Source: Takakia lepidozioides (taxonomy: Eukaryota > Plantae > Bryophyta). Taken from it: DNA of 64,000 nucleotides. The notes under the pieces were generated by a model. The model was not told where the DNA came from and searched no databases. It was given only the letters and a program-made list of their open reading frames with translations. The stretch is taken from contig CM060734.1 of the NCBI GenBank assembly GCA_030704615.1, forward strand, positions 7,564,001 to 7,628,000. Reading direction: 5' to 3'. Made by a program: the position numbers and the translations under genes. Of the stretch, positions 38,433-52,286 are shown one piece after another (positions within the stretch are counted from its first letter, which is position 1; each line of letters begins with the position of its first letter).

Positions 38433-41011
38433 ATGGCGGACACAGACACCCAGCAGAAGGGTGCACGCATCATCGACGGGAAGGCCATAGCCCAAACCAT
38501 TCACCTCGAAATCGCTCAAGAGGTTTCCAAGCTCAAGGAGCAATATAGCCGGGTAAACCCATCTCTCTCTCATTTCTCTGGGATTCGGTTGCACGTGCAG
38601 CCTCTACTCTGGAATCCTTCTGGTGGGAATCAGAAGTCCATCATGTGAATTTCTAAAATATGGGTTTGTTAGAGGCTGGCAGTCCATTGTTCCAGCTTTT
38701 GAACGCACATCCACTCTGTTAGTGAGAGATCTGTAGCAGTTTCGGACGCAGCTGACAAGGCAAATGCAAAGCAATGGAATGTACTGGCTATCAAACCACG
38801 GCACTGACAATAGCATTCTCTGGCTGTTTGCTTCTCACAGTCCCCAGTGCTGGCGGTTGTATTAGTAGGGGAGAGAAAAGACTCTCAGACCTACGTGCGC
38901 ATGAAAAGAAAGGCATGTGCAGAGGTGGGCATTTTATCAATCAACAAAGACTTGCCAGGGGATGCGACTGAAGAAACAATTCTCGACACAGTTTTAGATC
39001 TCAATGTGGACCCCAATGTCCATGGTGCGTCACTTCCATCTTCACCTTTGTAATTTTTCTAGCAATATTGTTAGCATACGGCTACACACTCGGTCAATTA
39101 CAATCTGCCTCCCTCCAACCTTCCTGCTGTAGTGAAATTCTACTCAGGGTAGGTTGCACTACTGGAGGTGGCCTTCCACTATTGGCAGTGGCCCATTCCA
39201 CTGCCTCCCCCTCCCCCCCCCCTCCCTTTTCTGCTTCTTAAATATGAGGACGGGGCTGTGGCCACAATGGTACTTGCAAAGCAAAAAGTACACTTGGTAC
39301 TAAATCTCTGTATGTCTTGCTCCCACTACGAATCTGAGTTCTCTGCAATCCTCCGCATGGTAGAGTAGTCTATGCATTGTGCAATGTGGTTACTGGGAAC
39401 TAATGTGGAAGTCAGATGTGCATCTCAATGTGGCAGAATCTCTACCTCCCATGAATTTACGATCTAATCAACTTCTTGGTAGCATGTGAAGAGAGAATAC
39501 TGGTTGTATCATAAGGGCTGAAAACAATCATGGCCAGGGAATGAAACTAAGCTTGATTATGGGTTGATCAGTGTGGGTAGATTGTTATTTGATCAAGCTT
39601 TATTACCTTCTAAGCAGGGGCTTGGGTAGGGCAGGGATTCTTGTGCAGTTGCCACTGCCAAAGCATGTGAATGAAGAGAGAATCTTGTGTGCTGTTGGTG
39701 TGGAAAAGGATGTAGATGGCTTGCATCCGCTCAATGTGGGCAACCTTTGCATGAAGGGACGCAAACCTTTGTATGTTCCATGCACACCCCAGGTATTGTC
39801 TCATACCTTGTGTATTCCTGAATCAACACTAGTTCATTGCTCAAAAGAGTCTGGAAGAATTGTAAGGGGGTGCTTTCGTTGTGGTTTGGATTGTCTCAAT
39901 GGCAGGGATGCATTGAGCTTTTGGAGAGAAGTGGGGTGGAAATAGCAGGGAAGAGGGCGGTGGTCCTGGGCCGGAGTAATATTGTGGGTATCCCCGCAGC
40001 GATGCTTCTCAACAAGAAAGATGCTACAGTTACGATCGTGCACTCACGGACTGTGGATCCTCACCTCATAGTGTCAGAAGCTGACATTCTTATCACTGCA
40101 GCGGGCCAGGCACAAATGGTATAGGTTCAGACTCATTTGACAATTGGATTCCATCTCAATGTGTTAGCTCTCTGCCTCATCAATCAGATAGTCTTTTGAT
40201 CTTCCAAACAACCATTCAACGATCTGCCATCCAGGCGAGAGTGAGTTGTGGAAGCACATTTCATTATTGTAGCTAGTTATAAGTCCTCAAGTATATCAGA
40301 AGAAGCTTGGTTGGTGGTGTTTTCAGGTTAAAGGGGATTGGATCAAGCCAGGGGCAGCAATAATTGATGTAGGGACAAATGCAATTGATGACCCAAGCAA
40401 AAAGCTGGGATACAGACTAGTTGGCGACGTGGACTACGAAGAGGCTAAAAAGGTGGCAGGCTGGATAACTCCTGTTCCAGGTAAAAATTGCACCAGATGA
40501 TGCGGGGATCTCCTCTTCCTCTCTCTGTTCTCTCCTGTAGAGTCTTGTAATGTGTGTGTTTTAACAATGATGGGTCACAGATTGCCACCTTTTTTGGAAC
40601 TGTTCATAGCATTGGAATCAGAGAGAGAGAGAGATCCATGAAGTTGTCCTTGTGCAATACTAACCCTCCTGGAAACAGTCACGAGGTTCCAGCCCACCAC
40701 CATGGAACCGCAGCCATAGCTCTTATGCACAGCTGATGGAAAGAGAGACAAGCCTCCGGCTGAAGGCTGCGTAAAAAAGAGTCGGATGGAAATCCCATCA
40801 CAGGGATTGAGTGCTGATATAACAGCAACATGTTGGTTGGAGCAGTGCTACCCCCATGAGTCCCCTTATCTGGTTGAAATGAAACATTTTGGATAATCTC
40901 ATATTTTCTCATGTTGTACTATTTGCAGGTGGGGTGGGGCCTATGACAATCGCCATGTTGCTACGCAACACTCTCGAGGGTGCAAAACTTGCCTTCGCAC
41001 AACTAAACTGA
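38433..41011 (+). CDS. folD: Bifunctional methylene-THF dehydrogenase/methenyl-THF cyclohydrolase (6 exons)
   Basis: [96 protein letters not shown] introns in consistent phase. Confidence 0.95.
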
Positions 41012-41420
41012 GATCCAATTCTGGCCAGCATTGATGATCCGTTACATTCACAATCATTGATTTCGAGATTGACTAGTAAGAAAGGAAATCAACTGGAATT
41101 ACCTTTCCACATTATTGAGCACCTTTATTTGCATTTCAATTGCAGGCCTCGCCAAAGACAGTTTGCCGGAAATGGAAGGAATCCATATAACTTCCAAGGC
41201 AAAAACAAAACCTTCTAAGATATTAGGTGAAATTGAACTTACCTGCTGATAGCTTGACTTGGGCTATGGTGATAGACTGTTCATATGAAATGGCAGAAAT
41301 TGAGGACTTATTTGCTCCAGCAAATTGTTGTGGAAACCTCCTAGGCATTTGGACAACCAAGTAGAGGATAAGCTAATTTTCGAGGGTCTCTTCCAGCCGG
41401 GTGCCACAAAATCTGCCAAT

Positions 41421-42683
41421 CTAAATGGCAGCTTGAAGCTCAGTCTTGTCCTCCATAAAGACTGCTTTGAATAGGTTTTTGTCAAGATCATAGTTCCAGT
41501 TTCCATTACTCACTAGAAGTGCACCAATGCGTCCAATTTCGTCAGAAGATTTGGCTGCTGCTCCGCAGCCCCCAGTGGCCACAAAGACTTTTGTCTCATA
41601 GGAAGCCTGCTTTCCATCCACTGCATCAATGTAGGGATAACCGTGAGAGGTGTATGTAACAATGCATGGCTTCTTTTGTAAGGAATTGTAAGAAAGATCT
41701 GGAATCAATTGTAGGAGAACACTTTGTAAAACGTCAACCTGAGCTTGTCCACCTTCACCGTGAAACCACTTCACGAAATCCTCGTGGCTTGATTTAGTCA
41801 GTGGGTCGTATTCTGTGTCCCCGATCTTCAGGTACGATTTGCCATCTGGATAGCGAATAGGTGGACATGCATAAATAGAATGCAAAGTGGGATGTGAATC
41901 TAGACGCCAAATGATTGAAGGCATGCCTTGCAATCTCTTCTCTTCCTTCTCTCCAATTTCAGCAAGCAGCACTGACACAAGCTTAGTCTCCAGAACTAAC
42001 TTCGAACTCGGAAGCAAGTAGTTGGAATAGGCATCCGCACATATCAGGACTTTGAAAGCTGACAACACCTTTCCTCCGTCGGTGGTAATGGTCACGCCAT
42101 TGCTGCTGGTTTCGACTGCTATCACAGTCTCTGGCACAAGGTAAGCCCCGTGTTTCTTAGCAACCGCTAACTGGGCTTTGACCATGGCCCTTGGATTCAC
42201 GTACCCCGCCCCTCCGGTCTCTACGACACCGGCGTGATTGCTCTCAAAATGGAAGTATGGAAACCGCTGCTTCAGCTCGCCCACCCCATCTATCAATTGC
42301 ACTGCTGCTCCATTTTCTTTTCCAACCTCAAAAGCTGTAGGCAAACTGTCACCCACTTGTTTGTATAAGGGGGTGACTCTAAGAGATCCAACCGGATGAT
42401 GAAAGCAGATTCCACTTTCCTCCTCAATGAGACTATAGCTGGCAATTGATCGGGCTGCAAGCTTCGACCATACAGGGTCCTTGTCCACAATACGTGTGAT
42501 GCGTCCCTCGTCATAATGAGAGGCAAACACTCCTGTATGGGCCTCCCAATCTGCAGGCTCTGGAGGTCCAATACCCACCACTGATTCTGATGCGAGAGAG
42601 AGATGGCGGCAGGCAGCTGACCCAATCATGCCCAACCCTAGCACAGCCACAGAAAAGACAGTGGACTCATGAAGCTGTGCCAT
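41421..42683 (-). CDS. Intronless FAD-dependent oxidoreductase, monomeric sarcosine oxidase/SolA-like family
   Basis: Rossmann motif VAVLGLGMIGSAAC, IGPPEP..GVFASHYDEGRITR, GYVNPRAMV, PPIRYPDGKSYLKIG, GGCGAAAKSSDEIGR. Uninterrupted ORF of ~420 aa (ATG at 42683; an upstream in-frame ATG at 42704). Confidence 0.88.
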   Translation of the reverse strand: MAQLHESTVFSVAVLGLGMIGSAACRHLSLASESVVGIGPPEPADWEAHTGVFASHYDEGRITRIVDKDPVWSKLAARSIASYSLIEEESGICFHHPVGSLRVTPLYKQVGDSLPTAFEVGKENGAAVQLIDGVGELKQRFPYFHFESNHAGVVETGGAGYVNPRAMVKAQLAVAKKHGAYLVPETVIAVETSSNGVTITTDGGKVLSAFKVLICADAYSNYLLPSSKLVLETKLVSVLLAEIGEKEEKRLQGMPSIIWRLDSHPTLHSIYACPPIRYPDGKSYLKIGDTEYDPLTKSSHEDFVKWFHGEGGQAQVDVLQSVLLQLIPDLSYNSLQKKPCIVTYTSHGYPYIDAVDGKQASYETKVFVATGGCGAAAKSSDEIGRIGALLVSNGNWNYDLDKNLFKAVFMEDKTELQAAI

Positions 42684-43416
42684 AGCTCCAATCAACTTCT
42701 GCATGAGTGAAAGGAATCGTACAAATCCTCTACTAGCATTTCAGGACGTGGGCCAGAAACATGAACAAGAGTTTGTTGAATTGGCAAAATTGAAGCTTCG
42801 GATGGCAATAGAAATGGAAATCTTGGGTGCAGTGGTGAGAATTGGACATGAGAACTGCGAAAATCCGGTGGGTTTCTTACTTGAGCTGAAATTTGAACGA
42901 GAAAAGGAGACTTGATAGAGGATTTCGTGTATGGATTGATAGAAGACCTAGGCACTCCCGCGGCATAATTCGAACCCAAGAGACAAAGTCAGAGACAGAG
43001 AGTCTACAGCAATGCAACGCACTCACAGCATTTCTTCGAGTCTTGTGATACTGACTACGCTTCTTTCACGCATTCTTCCCATGTTCTAATTTCCACGGAG
43101 GAGATGTGGTGTAATTCCCATCTAACGGTCTATAGCCATACAGAAAAACAGAAATCTTCAAAGAAAAGAGAGACACGCTTTACGCTTATATACATCTTCA
43201 GATGAAGTAGTGTGAATTTTCTATCGTCAGATAATAGACACGTGGAAGCTGGGGTCTTTGGGGTCTTTTGTGAGTGCACATTGGTGTGCAAGGAATTCTG
43301 GGCTACTTCCAAGTGAAGTGGGCTTCGATATTTCTCGGATGTATTTCGGAGTGAATTTCTGTCCGTTGTAACGTTTGGTATTCAGGGTTGGAGGCTGTAC
43401 AATTGGAACCTGCACC

Positions 43417-46400
43417 ATGATCTCCACGGTACGTATTCTTGCTTCTGGGAAAGAGGACGGATTTTGATGGATTTGAAAGAAGTGCAGCTTTGTGTGGTCG
43501 TGTTTGTGAGAGAGAGACAGATGAGGTTAAAGGATCCTGGTCACTGTTGTGCAGCAACGAAGTACAATTGGAGTGCCTGCCAGCCCATCAGGGGCAGGCC
43601 CAGGATCAGAGCAACCCTTTTTGTCCGTCTCTGTCACAGACCCTGTGAAGATGGCGCTGGCGTGCAAGCGTACATCTCCTATCGTGTTAGCACCAAGGTG
43701 GCGCTCTCACTCTCTCGTAGACAATCCCTGGAGCAATTGTTGCTTTTGGCTGCTTGTGGAGGGCTCCTCTCTTTTTTCTTGTTTCCTTCTTTCTCTTGTT
43801 CCATAAGCTCCTTCTGTTTTCCGGTATGGAGGACCATCTCATTTCATTTCATGTCTCTTTCAAATTCGTGTTCCGCTCGGCGAAGCTGCTTTTAGCTGCT
43901 CAGCTCTGCCATCGGCAGCAGAGTGCCTCCCTCATCATTTTTTCTTACTTGTTTATCTGCGAATTAATTGCTTCTCAGTTGTTGAGACATGACGTGTAAT
44001 GGTGTTAGCAATCAGGATTTGGTTCACATCTTCCTACTCTCGCCCTAATTCTCGCACAGACTAGGGCACAAGATCATAAATTCATTGTGGACCCAACTGT
44101 CAGGTTTAAGCTGAGAAGAGAAAAGACTGATGTCTTGCTCTATTTTGTGAGAATCAAGTGTCGGCAATGCCTCTTCAGTTTGGACCCAACTGTCAGGTTA
44201 AGCTGAGAAGAAAATTATTGAACAGGCTATATCTGGCTCTGGCCAACTTCAATTTTTGGATTTTCAGGGGCTGACACATACACAGGCACCCATAGTTCCC
44301 AGACACAATCTCTCTCTGTTAGAAACCCTGGTGACTATGGGGCAGAGAACCCACCCTACTTGGTGAAGCCCTTGGTATCAATCTATTTCAAAACAAAAGC
44401 AGACCTGCAGGATCCTTTGTTGGTTGCATTGAAGGGAGAGAGACATGGATTTACCTAGCAGAGAGAGAGAAGAGGGCTGGTGATACGGCAGATAGTGAAG
44501 TCATGATTTGTAGTAACTTGGTAATGCAGAGAAGTTCCGATTCAGTGCGGAGTTTATTGAGGTGCGACGGCGTGCTTTGGATGTGTTCCTAAACCGCATC
44601 ACTGCCCACCCACAGCTGCGCTTGAGTGAGGACCTGAGAAACTTTCTGCAGGCTGATGAGGAGATTTGGGTGCGCTTTGTTCCATCAATTTTTTTCAGGC
44701 TTGAAAATTTTAATGAAAACCAGGCGTTGGAAGTTTTTTGAAATATTGAAGAGAATGTCTCTAGAAGACAGACAAACAGACACATGTACACCCTTCCCAC
44801 AGACACATTCTATACATCAAGATCCAGTTATGTACTTGCTTTAGTCTCAGTAATTAAGACCTTCAGTCTTCAAGGGGCTTATTTGGATGCATGAGATGGT
44901 AGACCATGGAGAAAGCAAGGTGTGTGGAGGGCACTGTGTTCAGGAAGAAGCCGAGTGACTTCCTGCAGATGTTCAAGGTACATATCATCACCCATGCATC
45001 CAGGTGTTGCTAAGCAAGTCAATGTACTTGCAGGGTGAGTTGTCATGGTGGATGGACTGGTTTACGAAGGAGTTATCCACCTTTTCGTTTTTCTTGTTTT
45101 GTTCTGTTGCTTTTACAGCTTGTCCTTACTCAAGTCTGTTGTTTTAGTTACACTCATGTGCACTTTGCCTCTTCTGCAACAGGATGTGCAGACAAAAGTG
45201 AGTGATGCAGTGCTGGGAAAGGAGAAACCATTGGAAGAGTCAGGTCCTGAGCTTCAAAAATTGAAGAATTATACAGTAGAGCTGGAGGACCATCTTGCAG
45301 AGGCCCAAAAGCAGTCAATGCGTCTCGTCAAACGACAAAGAGGTGAAACAACTCTCTTTCTGGATTAACAGTTTAAGCTGAAGGAATGAACCAGAATTTG
45401 ATCCTGGGTCATCTACAATGAATACGTCTAGAAAAGGGAGAGAGAAGCCATTGTTTTGTTCAGATGAAATTTTTCAAACAATTAAGGGGTTACTCCTCTA
45501 TTCTTACTATTTCTCATCAGATGGGGAAGAAAGAAGTTGGGAGGGGACTTGTGCGGTCATGTCTTGAGCAATTCAATGCCTGCATTGTTCATTGAAGGTA
45601 GCATCTATGAAGAAAAGTACTCATTTGAAGTTTTGTGGTTGTGGTTCCAGAGCTGGCCCAGGTATTGACAGATTTTGGGAAGGCAATACACCTTCTAGGC
45701 AATTGTGAGGGTGGTGCTATTGGGAAAGTTTTCTCGGACTTGGGGGACCGATCAGATCTACTTTCTTACAAGCTACAAAAGCAGGTAAGGTGTAAGATGA
45801 ATCTTCTGTATGTATGACCATCTTATGTCTGACTCTGTGCTTGCAGTCTGGCATGCTGGGGCAAGCATGGATTGTCTCCTTGAGGGGGAGAGAGGATGGA
45901 GGAAGAGTGAGTCTAGGAGCCCATAGCTCCTGAAAGGGGTTCAAGTATGCTTTTGGCACATATAATTTGGTTACTGGAAAGTAAATTTGTTCCAATTATT
46001 TAGCACCAAGTCTTCTTGTTGGTCGAGAAGATGACGTCAGCTTACCGTCTGTCAAGGGCTATTCTACCAATAAGAGCACTAAGCTAGCACCTGCATGTTC
46101 AAGTATGCTTTTGGCACATATAATTTGGTTACTGGAAAGCAAATTTGTTCCAATTATTTAGCACCAAGTCTTCTTGTTGGTCGAGAAGATGACGTCAGCT
46201 TACCGTCTGTCAAGGGCTATTCTACCAATAAGAGCACTAAGCTAGCACCTGCATGCTGGGGCAAGCATGGATTGTCTCCTTGAGGGGGAGAGAGGAAAGA
46301 GAAAGAGTGAGTCTAGGAGCCCATAGCTCCTGAAAGGGTTCAAGTATGCTTTTGGCACATATAGTGTGACTTTGGTTACTGGGAAGAAAATTTGTTCCAA

Positions 46401-47888
46401 TTATTTAGCACCGAGTTTTCTTGTTGGTCAAGAAGATGAGCTTACCTTCTGTCAAGGGCTATTCTTCCAATAAGAGCACTAAGCTAGCACCTTCTCCTTC
46501 CTGCCCAAACAAACTATTGTTTCATTAGAAGCCGAACATGCTGTGTTTCCCAGCCAACCCACTTGGACTGGCACAGGGTGCCAAGTTCGATGGTGTTCGT
46601 CTGACCTTCCTGGGGGACTGAGGTGATGAGTGATAACAATACCCCCTGGAGATGAAAGTTGGCTCTGACCTGTGGTGGTAATTCAACGTACTAGATACAT
46701 TAGGAAGGGCATTGTGGGTTGAAGGTTTACTTCCCTAAGAGAAAGAATCGTCCATCTTGTTTTGGCAGGGACTTGATTTGCTGATGATTTTTGAAGAGCC
46801 ACTTAAGGAGTATGTATACACTGTTCAATCTGTGAAGGTACTTTCTGCCCTTGATTCTGTGTCTGGTAATTGATGTGGTTACTGGGTGAATTATAATGGT
46901 GGATTTATCTGTCAAGCAGTCACAGGTCGTAACTGTTATTTTACTTTTTTGTGCAGTTTCTAATTTTCTTCTGCTGGTATATATCTTCTTATGAATTAGC
47001 AAATACAATTCTCTTGTCATCTGTGTGGTCCGCAGGTGGTATTGGCAGATAGAGCACAGGCATACCGGCAGCATCACGAGCTTATGGAAGCTTTCAAGCT
47101 CAAAGAGCTAAACCTGTATGTTCTTGGCTCTCTATATGAGCATCCCCACATTTCTCTCTCTCTCTCTCCACTCTCATGGATGTTTATGTGCACTAGAGGT
47201 TGATGTTTGATTTGATTATTCAGCTTTGGCCTAAATCCTGGGCTCATACCAGTAGAAACGGATATATCAAGTCTAGGGCTGTAGACCTGTGTGTGTCCAT
47301 ACATCTCATCTGTTGACTACCTCCCCTGACACCCTCACTGCTCTCTCTCACCTTCCCCTTTTGCCCTTGTGTTCAAACCCTTGGTTCAAACAGGTGCTGG
47401 CAAGCAAGTCTAAAGAGTATATGGTGTCTACCTGTTGTCATGTGTTGGGGGAGGACAGTGAAAAACTGAAGCTTTTATGGCCAGATAAGGTTGTGGAGGC
47501 AGAGCTTGAGGTGACAGAAGTGAGTGCCTTACCAATTATGAGACTTGTACGACGACTCACACAGTTTTCTTCATTACTCTTGAAAATCAGTTTGGCTTCT
47601 GACTATCTCAGAACTTGCTGTAACTTCTTTGTTACCCAATGTGTGTGGCAGTTGAAACTGCAGAGCGATGACGCAGAGTCACGGTATGAAGAAATAGTCA
47701 GGCTGATGGAGCAGGAGATGGTTAGATTCCAAGAAGAAAAGACTCGTGATGTAAGTTTGGTCCTCCACAACTTTGCGTGTGCACAGGCCCAGCTGGCCTC
47801 TAACACAGCTGATGCCTGGCGGACTCTTCTTCCAGAACTTGATAACCTCCACTCAAGTCAAACTAAGCTTGCACATCCTTCTCCTTAA
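43417..47888 (+). pseudogene. SNX1: Sorting nexin 1 (PX-BAR), apparently disrupted
   Basis: LSVSVTDPVK, GVQAYISYRVSTK, EKFRFSAEFIEVRRRALDVFLNRI..HPQL, DVQTKVSDAVLGKEKP, FEEPLKEYV, RFQEEK. 1-nt deletion at ~43653; the exon expected to carry VIRRYSDF..PPLPEK is not recognisable intact. Confidence 0.85.
45851..46491. repeat. Nested tandem duplication in an SNX1 intron (A-B-B-A-B)
   Basis: ~155-bp B unit (gttcaagtatgc...gctagcacct) three times and ~87-bp A unit (gcatgctggggcaagc...) twice. Confidence 0.92.
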
Positions 47889-48518
47889 ATGAACTCTTGC
47901 TTGTATTGCCCGAGTACAATTAAGAGAACAAAGAAATGTCAACCCAACTTCGCTGTTTTATATGCAAATTGGGTTGGTGTTCTTGTGGTATGGCGTGTTC
48001 TAACTTCTAATATGGTTTTATTTCAATGCCTATGCAATGGTCAGTGTCATGGAGGTTTCCGCCGATAACCAATGAGTGTTTTCTTCCTTACTGCGCACCC
48101 TCCCTCTCACCACACACAAGGAATAGGGCAGTAAATGAGGTGTGTAACTTTTAAGTATTCTGCACGTTGCTGTGTTCTATAATTTGCTTAATTGATGTTT
48201 AAGTTCACCTGCAATTGGAATCTGAGTGTTAAAATTAAAGTCTCCGAGAAAATCTCCAGTTTACCTTTGGTCCTCCCCTTCTCACACTCAGGGACCTATG
48301 TAAGTACTACCTATTTTTGAATCAACCAAATAGCAGTGAGATTGAAATTCGTCTTGGGAATGTCCACTTCACAAGGGCATAATAAGATAATACAAAAGAC
48401 AATACACATTCTAAAGACACTTAAATTGGTTTTATAAGCTCTGGTTGAGTCTAATCTCAGATGATCATACTTCCAACCATTTCTTCCTGTGGTTTAGATA
48501 GACTCATATTTGAGCTTA

Positions 48519-48873
48519 CATGTACTCCAAAGACACTTTTGCCCGAAGACTTGTGGTCATAGAGCCAATCCGGACTATAGAGACAAACACTCAAACACCT
48601 TGCATTGTGAAATGTGAGATAACAAATGAACATCCTAACTCAAAAGAAGCAAATCATCACATGACTTGTTGGAACGCAACAGAATGCAAGAGGCCATGTT
48701 ACTCCAAAGACACTTTTGCCCGAAGACTTGTGGTCATAGAGCCAATCCGGACTATAGAGACAAACACTCAAACACCTTGCATTGTGAAATGTGAGATAAC
48801 AAATGAACATCCTAACTCAAAAGAAGTAAATCATCACATGACTTGTTGGAACGCAACAGAATGCAAGAGGCCA
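48519..48873. repeat. Tandem duplication with 177-bp period downstream of RPS12
   Basis: tactccaaagacac...gcaagaggcca starts at 48523 and again at 48700; one substitution seen. Confidence 0.95.
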
Positions 48874-48959
48874 CCAAAGCTGTTGAAATTGGCTCCAAGT
48901 ACTGCACACTTGCAAGTGGCAGCAAGTATGTTCAATTTTTCTAGTAACAAAAAAGAAGC

Positions 48960-50141
<1,182 letters not shown>

Positions 50142-50539
50142 TGTAATCGGTAGATAAATGTACGAGCAGTCCCGCCTGCACAAGCGCGACAAATAATTGC
50201 ATGTACAAGATGAGAACAACACATCAAAATTACATACCAGGAGACGGAAAAGAGAAGCTAGCATGCTACACAGGAGCGGTAGCTGCCCTCCAAAACCCAC
50301 CAGGCAGCACACGACGGAATTCAGATAGCTGGCCCCTTAATCGCTGGAACTACAAATCCACCCACACTCCAGGGAAAAAAAGAAGCTTCACATATCAAGA
50401 TATGGGGAAAGCTCTCTCAACAAGCAGCCAGCTTGGTTAGGGGCAAGGGCCGACCTCAGTTGCTCGGAGCTCCAGACCCAGGCTGCTGCGCTGCTCGCTT
50501 GGAGAGAAAGGAGATGGGCAGCGAGGATGGCGGCCCTTC

Positions 50540-50547
50540 TAGGGTTT
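50540..50547 (-). promoter_or_regulatory. Telo-box (AAACCCTA) in the short divergent promoter between RPS12 and the SEC-C gene
   Basis: tagggttt on the + strand; telo-boxes are typical of plant ribosomal-protein promoters. Confidence 0.55.
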
Positions 50548-50663
50548 CCACAACCCCACATTCATCCTTCATTCATCCAGCGACGGGGGTCCCTTGTCCC
50601 TTCTCCATCTCTCTCGCACCCCCCGCCAAGCTCTCTTGCTGGGTGGGCTGGTCAGGAAGCAGG

Positions 50664-52189
50664 ATGGGCTCTCTTGTAGCCCTGCGTTGTCTCTTACGTT
50701 CCTGTTGTCTCTCACCGTCGCCTATTCCTGTATTTTCCCAATGGACTCATATCCCAGAATGCACACATTGGCGCTCACATGCATCAGGTTTTGCAACGGA
50801 GGCGGAGGATGAGGGTTCATCTGCAGGAGCTTCGTCCTGGATGCAGAGGCTGAAGAGTGTGTTCAAGAGCAAGACACCTTCATCAGATTCCTCCCAATCG
50901 GATACTTCCAAAGAAAAGTCTGGGTCTCAGCATGACCTTACAATGGAAAGTGAGTGCCATTCTACTGTGTTGCTAGGTGCTCTGCTAGAGATTCAACAAT
51001 CTCATATCATAAAAGGCCCTCACCTGCACCATGTGACTGCTGGGAGTAGAGCAGTGTGAACCTTTGGATCACTTTGCTTATTTATTGCAAGGGACACTTC
51101 ATGGATTTCTTAGCTGAATGAGAAGATGGTGCAGACAAGTCTGCCTTGGTACCAATTTGGCTTGTAGGAGACAATGGCGGATATGCTTCTTCCAGCAACA
51201 TGCGACTGCAGGAAGGAACCCAGTAGGTGTAAATTGGAGACTGAAGAGACAATACCCTAAAGCCTAGACTGATTTGGTGGCGAGTTTCTTTGATTGGTCC
51301 ATAGGAAGCAGCATAATGTCTGACGATCTATGGCGCTTCTAATGCTTGGTCAAATTCTGAGGCCTGCATTATGATGATTCGCAATATAGGAAACAAGTAT
51401 AACAGAGTGGGGCATGTGGAAACTGGCCGATGGTTTCCGCAGGGAAAGTGAGTCTTTCGCGGGAAGAGTAACAGTGATCAAACAGGCAGGAAATTTTATG
51501 TCTTCTTTCAATGAGTGCTTGAAGACCCTAGACTGAGAGCCCAATCCTGTATTTTGTAGCCACGGCGGTCAGAGCTTGGAAATTAGCCCAATAACCAGTG
51601 AATTAGAAGAAACCGTACAAGTATGTACTCAATTTGTGAATCTTTTTTTGGAAACTGGCTCTGCCTCTCCATATATTTTCTTTGTGTTGTACAGATTTTG
51701 CAGATGAGTTGAAGAAGGCACGGCAGTTTGGAAGTTTAACAACATTTGGACGCAGCCTGCCCAGAGGGGAGCTGTAAAATCCCTTGAGAGGCAGGAGGGG
51801 ATTCTTCGATCCCTAGCCCCACACGACCCTCTGGTATGTTTTTTCATTACATCTGAATTTTGGTTGCAACAGGAAAGTCTGTTTCGATCTTTAATAAGAG
51901 CACCAACCTTCAGAAGTGGTATATAGTTAAAGAGGGCTGCATACTGGACGGCCGGGCTTGCAAGTGAGCACACGATGTCTTCAGAAAGTAAGCAAGGGGC
52001 ATCGGGCTGGGCATGGTGTGGGTCCAGCGAGTTGGAGATCTGCACAAGGCTGACGTGGCAACGGAGTGGGGGTGCACTGTGCGTGACGTTGACGCTGTAC
52101 TGGCGAAGTATGAGTGGGCAAAGGAGGCAAACAGGCGTGTGATGAAGCTTAAGGAGGAAGACAAGCCGCTTCCCAAGTCTCTTGATGAG
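50664..52189 (+). pseudogene. SEC-C-motif organellar protein (At3g04950-like), exons 1-3
   Basis: Transit-peptide-like N-terminus; FADELKKARQFG..ERQEGILRSL..DP; CTVRDVDAVLAKYEWAKEA..KLKEEDKPLPKSLDE. Exons 50664-50949, 51695-51833 (frameshift near 51768), 52028-52189. Confidence 0.8.
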
Positions 52190-52286
52190 GTTAGTCTCCC
52201 GTGTTTGCTGCCTAAGAGCTCTTGTATGTTTTTGTTATGCTTCGGCAGCTGCATTCTCCTCTCAAAGTCTCTCCTCCGCTCTCACC

